Source: Schizochytrium sp. TIO01
Lineage: Eukaryota > Protista > Bigyra: Labyrinthulomycetes
Length of the DNA stretch: 64,000 nt
NCBI GenBank assembly: GCA_004764695.1
Contig: SMSO01000031.1
Coordinates: forward strand, 4,378,436 to 4,442,435
Direction: 5' to 3'
Part shown: positions 60,325-64,000 of the stretch, piece by piece
Numbering within the stretch: the first letter of the stretch is position 1
How the letters are laid out: each line of letters begins with the position of its first letter
Program-made: the position numbers and the translations under genes
Notes under the pieces: model-generated
What the model was told of the DNA's origin: nothing
Database searches by the model: none
What the model saw: only the letters and a program-made list of their open reading frames with translations

Positions 60325-61593
60325 ATGCTTTCAACTGGAGTTCGACAGTTTCGCGCTGCTGCTGTTTCGCAGAAATGGCAACAGCAAGTCCGCGCACTCA
60401 CTGCCACCTCTGGGGCTGCTGACAAGCTCAACTACGATTTCACAGCTGCTCTGAACCTTGTGCGGCCTGAGACTTATGACACGCGTAAGGCATACCAACT
60501 CGTAGATGCTCACGGCGAGCTGCGCGAAGGCGCCAAGGAGCCTACAGTCGGAGCCGAAATGTGCCAGAAGATGTACGAAACCATGGTGCGCCTGCAAGTT
60601 ATGGACCACGTATTATATGAGGCCCAGCGTCAAGGTCGCATTTCTTTTTACATGCAGAGCAGTGGTGAAGAAGCTGTCAACATTGGCTCTGCAGCTGCTC
60701 TCAAGAACGAAGATGTTGTCTTTGCGCAGTACCGTGAGGCTGGAGTTCTCATGTGGCGTGGTTTCACGCTGCAAAACTTTGCTGATCAGTGTTTTAGCAA
60801 CGTGGATGACAGCGGTAAGGGTCGCCAGATGCCTATTCACTATGGTTCCGTGGAGCACAACTTCCACACCATTAGTAGTCCGCTGACCACTCAGCTTCCA
60901 CAAGCTGTTGGAGCCGCGTATGCTTTTAAGGATGCTGGCCGTGAAGGCCCCGTGGTGGCCACCTACTTTGGCGAAGGTGCTGCCAGCGAAGGTGATTTTC
61001 ATGCTGCTATGAACTTTAGCGCCACGCTTGAATGCCCGATTCTGTTCCTTTGCCGCAACAACCAGTACGCTATCAGTACCCCGGTGCAAGATCAGTTCCG
61101 TGGCGATGGTATCGTATCGAGAGCGGAGGGATACGGCATGGCCTCTCTCCGTGTTGATGGCAATGATGTCATGGCCGTGTACGAGGCTGTGAGCGAGGCA
61201 CGCTCTTACGCCCGTGAGAACAATCGTCCTATTCTTATTGAGATGATGTCCTATCGTATTGGGCACCACTCAACTTCTGACGATTCCACAGCCTACCGGC
61301 CGATTGAGGAAATCGAGAGCTGGCGCGAAAAGGCTCACCCGATCCCTCGCTTCCGCAAGTTCATGGAGGACCGTAAGATGTGGGATGAAGAGAAGGAGGC
61401 TGCTCTCCGTACGGAATCTCGTAAGGCAGTGCTTCAGGCTATGACTCGCGCAGAGGACAAGGGCAAGCCTGAGCCCCTCGATAACCTCTTTGCTGACGTG
61501 TACACTGAGATGCCCCAAAATCTGATTGAGCAGCAGCGTGAGCTCCAGGAGCAGCTCAAGAAGTATCCTTCCCATTACGCTGTGTTTCACTAA
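60325..61593 (+). CDS. BCKDHA: Branched-chain 2-oxoacid dehydrogenase E1 alpha subunit, mitochondrial
   Basis: QRQGRISFY, GKGRQMPIHYG, ISSPLTTQ, ThDP-binding motif GEGAASEGDFH...CRNN, and phosphorylation loop YRIGHHSTSDDSTAYR. The Arg/Ala/Ser-rich N-terminus resembles a mitochondrial presequence. Confidence 0.96.
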   Translation: MLSTGVRQFRAAAVSQKWQQQVRALTATSGAADKLNYDFTAALNLVRPETYDTRKAYQLVDAHGELREGAKEPTVGAEMCQKMYETMVRLQVMDHVLYEAQRQGRISFYMQSSGEEAVNIGSAAALKNEDVVFAQYREAGVLMWRGFTLQNFADQCFSNVDDSGKGRQMPIHYGSVEHNFHTISSPLTTQLPQAVGAAYAFKDAGREGPVVATYFGEGAASEGDFHAAMNFSATLECPILFLCRNNQYAISTPVQDQFRGDGIVSRAEGYGMASLRVDGNDVMAVYEAVSEARSYARENNRPILIEMMSYRIGHHSTSDDSTAYRPIEEIESWREKAHPIPRFRKFMEDRKMWDEEKEAALRTESRKAVLQAMTRAEDKGKPEPLDNLFADVYTEMPQNLIEQQRELQEQLKKYPSHYAVFH

Positions 61594-62831
61594 ATACGCA
61601 ATGCGAAATATATGTCTTCATTCTTGCTTTAAAGAGTTGCAGAGCATGAGCACCTAGCTGCACTCTGTTCCGTTTCTTCACAGCGAGCCTTAATTTTTCT
61701 GCAAACATCGCAGAACGACAGCCTGGACATTAAGATGAGTCTAGGTATAGAATCTGTCAATTTACTCAGAATCAACCCCTTTCCCTATGTAGTAGAGTCA
61801 AATTCTTTCTTTCAACTTCAAATTATTATTTGTTTTCTTATTATCTTACTTGCCAACTCCTCCAGTTCTACTCCAGACCTCAACACCCTTGAGCTAACTC
61901 GCCTCACCATGTTTGTTGGTTAAATCAATAATAACCCAAGAGCTATTCTCAAAGGCCACAATAGTAGCACTTACTTTATATAAAGTGACTGGAAAAGCAA
62001 CAAACGATTTTGACGATTTCGACAATGTAGGACAAAACGTTTCCTGTTGTTTCGTGATGAAGATTTGACGCATGATATCTGGATATCATGTAAATATAAT
62101 GTAATACTTTATTTTATCGTAAATGCTGGAAGCTTTATCATCCTCTCGCATCCACTCGATTGAAACCAATCTTCTGTATCTATTATTCAAAGAAAAAAAG
62201 GAAAGACAAAAAAAAAAGGGTTTATGTCATTATGGCAACTGACTCTAGCTATGCGATGGTTGAGTCCCTCCGCTAAAAGTAGTACTAGAACACCCAGGAA
62301 TTAAGTTGAAGCGTGCATGTGCATAGCCAGACCAGAAGAGGTGTTAGAGGGACGGAAAGCTAGGTGCACGACATCATGTGAGTAGATAACTTTGCTTACT
62401 GTGTCATGCTTTGTGTTATTGGGTACGCGCGTATGTGTGTCGCAGACTACTTCATATATTTGATGAGTGCGCGAAACTTGCGACGGGAGGATGATGAAAA
62501 GAGGAAGAGGTGGCTCCTAAAGAAAACAACCCGCAGAGAAATTTCTTAAGAGATGTCTCTCTCGCTCTTGCAAATGCCACCAGTAGTGTAACCTGTGGTC
62601 ATACTACATCCTCGCATTCATTTCAATGTTGTATTATTTAAATCCCCTAGTTTGTAAGTGATCTTTAATGATCTACATACTCGTCACATTCAAATACCTG
62701 TCCCCCCCCCCCCCCCGAATTTGCATCTTTGTTGAGTTCTGTGTTAAAATACTACTTCGGTTATCGGTAAAATGTGGTTGCTAGCATAACTGCTGGCGCA
62801 GCCCGCTCGCATATGTTCAGGTGAATGGTAC

Positions 62832-64000
62832 TTAACGGTCTACGCCGTACTCCTTACGGTAGGCCTCAACAGCGGAGAGAACCTCTGCGTCAAACTTGGT
62901 GCCGGTGGAACGAAGAAAAGACAAAAGGTCATCAAGGCACACAATAGAGTGCACATCAAAGCCAAATTCCTTCTTGACAGCTTGAATAGCGCTCAAGTCA
63001 CCCTCCTTAGCACGCTCCTGGCGGTCAAGAGCGATAACCACACCACTGATCTTGGCATCCTCCACAGAAAGGATGTCAATGCATTCGCGAATGGCCGTAC
63101 CAGCAGTGATGACATCATCCACAACGAGCACACGCTTACCACGAACAGGAGCACCGACAAGAAGACCTCCCTCGCCATGGTCCTTCTTCTCCTTGCGGTT
63201 GTATGCAACGGGAACATCCTTTCCAAACTTGCGGTACAGCGAGGTGGCAATAACACTTGCGAGAGGGATACCCTTGTATGCAGGTCCGAAGAGGACGTCA
63301 AATTCAACTCCAGAGCGCACGATAGCCTCCGCGTAGAAGTCTCCAAGACCGTCGAGAGCAGAGCCGGAGTTGAAGAGACCCGCGTTGAAGAAGTACGGGC
63401 TCTCGCGTCCAGACTTGAGCGTGAACTTTCCGAACTTGAGCACCTCGCACTTCAAAGCAAGCTCAAAGAACTGCTTCTGGTACGGCGCAAGCACGTCGCC
63501 CTCTCCGGCCTCCTCGACCTTGGCACGCTTCGCCTCAGGCTGTTCAACACTAGACCTAACGCCGTTGATCATGTCGCGGAACTTCTCGGCGGCAGCCTTG
63601 GGGTCCTCCGCACGAGAAATTCCACGGGACACAGGCACAAGAAGTCCCATTCCATCCTCTCGAAGTCCAGCCTTGGCGGCAGCTTCGAGGTCTCCTCCTT
63701 GGAAGCCAACTCCCGGGGCCAGAATCCACAGCGAGGGTGCGGCAGCCCTCGAGCGAGCAAGTGCCTCAACATCCGTTGCGCCTACCACAAGTCCAACATT
63801 GTTGTTATCATTCCACTTCTCACACAGCTGCGCCACACGCTCGTAAAGAAGACCGCCTTCAGAGAGCGCCACAGTCTCGAGATCCTCAGAACTCGGGTTC
63901 GAGGTCTTGCAGAGAACAAAAGCACCTCGAGAGGCGTCTTTGCCTACAAAAGGCATGATTGAGTCCGAGCCCATGTACGGGCTGAGAGTTACACAGTGCG
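62832..64000 (-). CDS. UMPS: Bifunctional UMP synthase with OMP decarboxylase N-terminal to orotate phosphoribosyltransferase (5' end outside window)
   Basis: The frame stays open to the window edge ([13 protein letters not shown]). OMPDC motifs: [32 protein letters not shown] motifs: [46 protein letters not shown]. Confidence 0.96.
   Translation of the reverse strand, partial: HCVTLSPYMGSDSIMPFVGKDASRGAFVLCKTSNPSSEDLETVALSEGGLLYERVAQLCEKWNDNNNVGLVVGATDVEALARSRAAAPSLWILAPGVGFQGGDLEAAAKAGLREDGMGLLVPVSRGISRAEDPKAAAEKFRDMINGVRSSVEQPEAKRAKVEEAGEGDVLAPYQKQFFELALKCEVLKFGKFTLKSGRESPYFFNAGLFNSGSALDGLGDFYAEAIVRSGVEFDVLFGPAYKGIPLASVIATSLYRKFGKDVPVAYNRKEKKDHGEGGLLVGAPVRGKRVLVVDDVITAGTAIRECIDILSVEDAKISGVVIALDRQERAKEGDLSAIQAVKKEFGFDVHSIVCLDDLLSFLRSTGTKFDAEVLSAVEAYRKEYGVDR

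Noticed and set aside
60613-61269. 218-aa minus-strand ORF
   Set aside because: Antisense shadow of BCKDHA.
62949-63962. 337-aa plus-strand ORF
   Set aside because: Antisense shadow of the codon-biased UMPS gene, with no domain features.
55694-64000. Metabolic gene cluster (argE, BCKDHA, UMPS)
   Set aside because: Different pathways, mixed orientation and an intervening LRR gene. Ordinary housekeeping neighbourhood is the simpler explanation.

Overview
Eukaryotic, intron-poor, microsatellite-rich DNA. The gene set (SAS6-like protein, OMPDC-OPRT fusion order) and architecture fit a flagellated stramenopile, plausibly a thraustochytrid; this is inference. Eight protein-coding genes are supported, each readable as one uninterrupted ORF. 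Left cluster: a triple-KH RNA-binding protein (+), a SAS6-like protein (-) and a SWIM-finger pseudokinase (-). Right cluster: an M20 acetylornithine deacetylase (+), an LRRC57-like protein (-), BCKDH E1-alpha (+) and a 5'-truncated OMPDC-OPRT UMP synthase (-). Between them, about 48.7 kb (6946-55693) holds only one convincing gene. It encodes a 251-aa, largely disordered protein with an exact CX2CX19FCSX2C finger, the FLZ signature described as a plant SnRK1-binding module and similar to fungal Ecl1. About 40 kb of ORF-free sequence lies upstream of this gene, head-to-head with the pseudokinase. That stretch contains recurrent AT-rich islands, about 14 TGASTCA (GCN4/AP-1-type) sites and orphan splice-like signals. 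The leading hypothesis is a nutrient-starvation regulatory locus with a very large cis-regulatory or lncRNA domain; it is untested. No rRNA, tRNA, CRISPR array or intact transposon was recognised.
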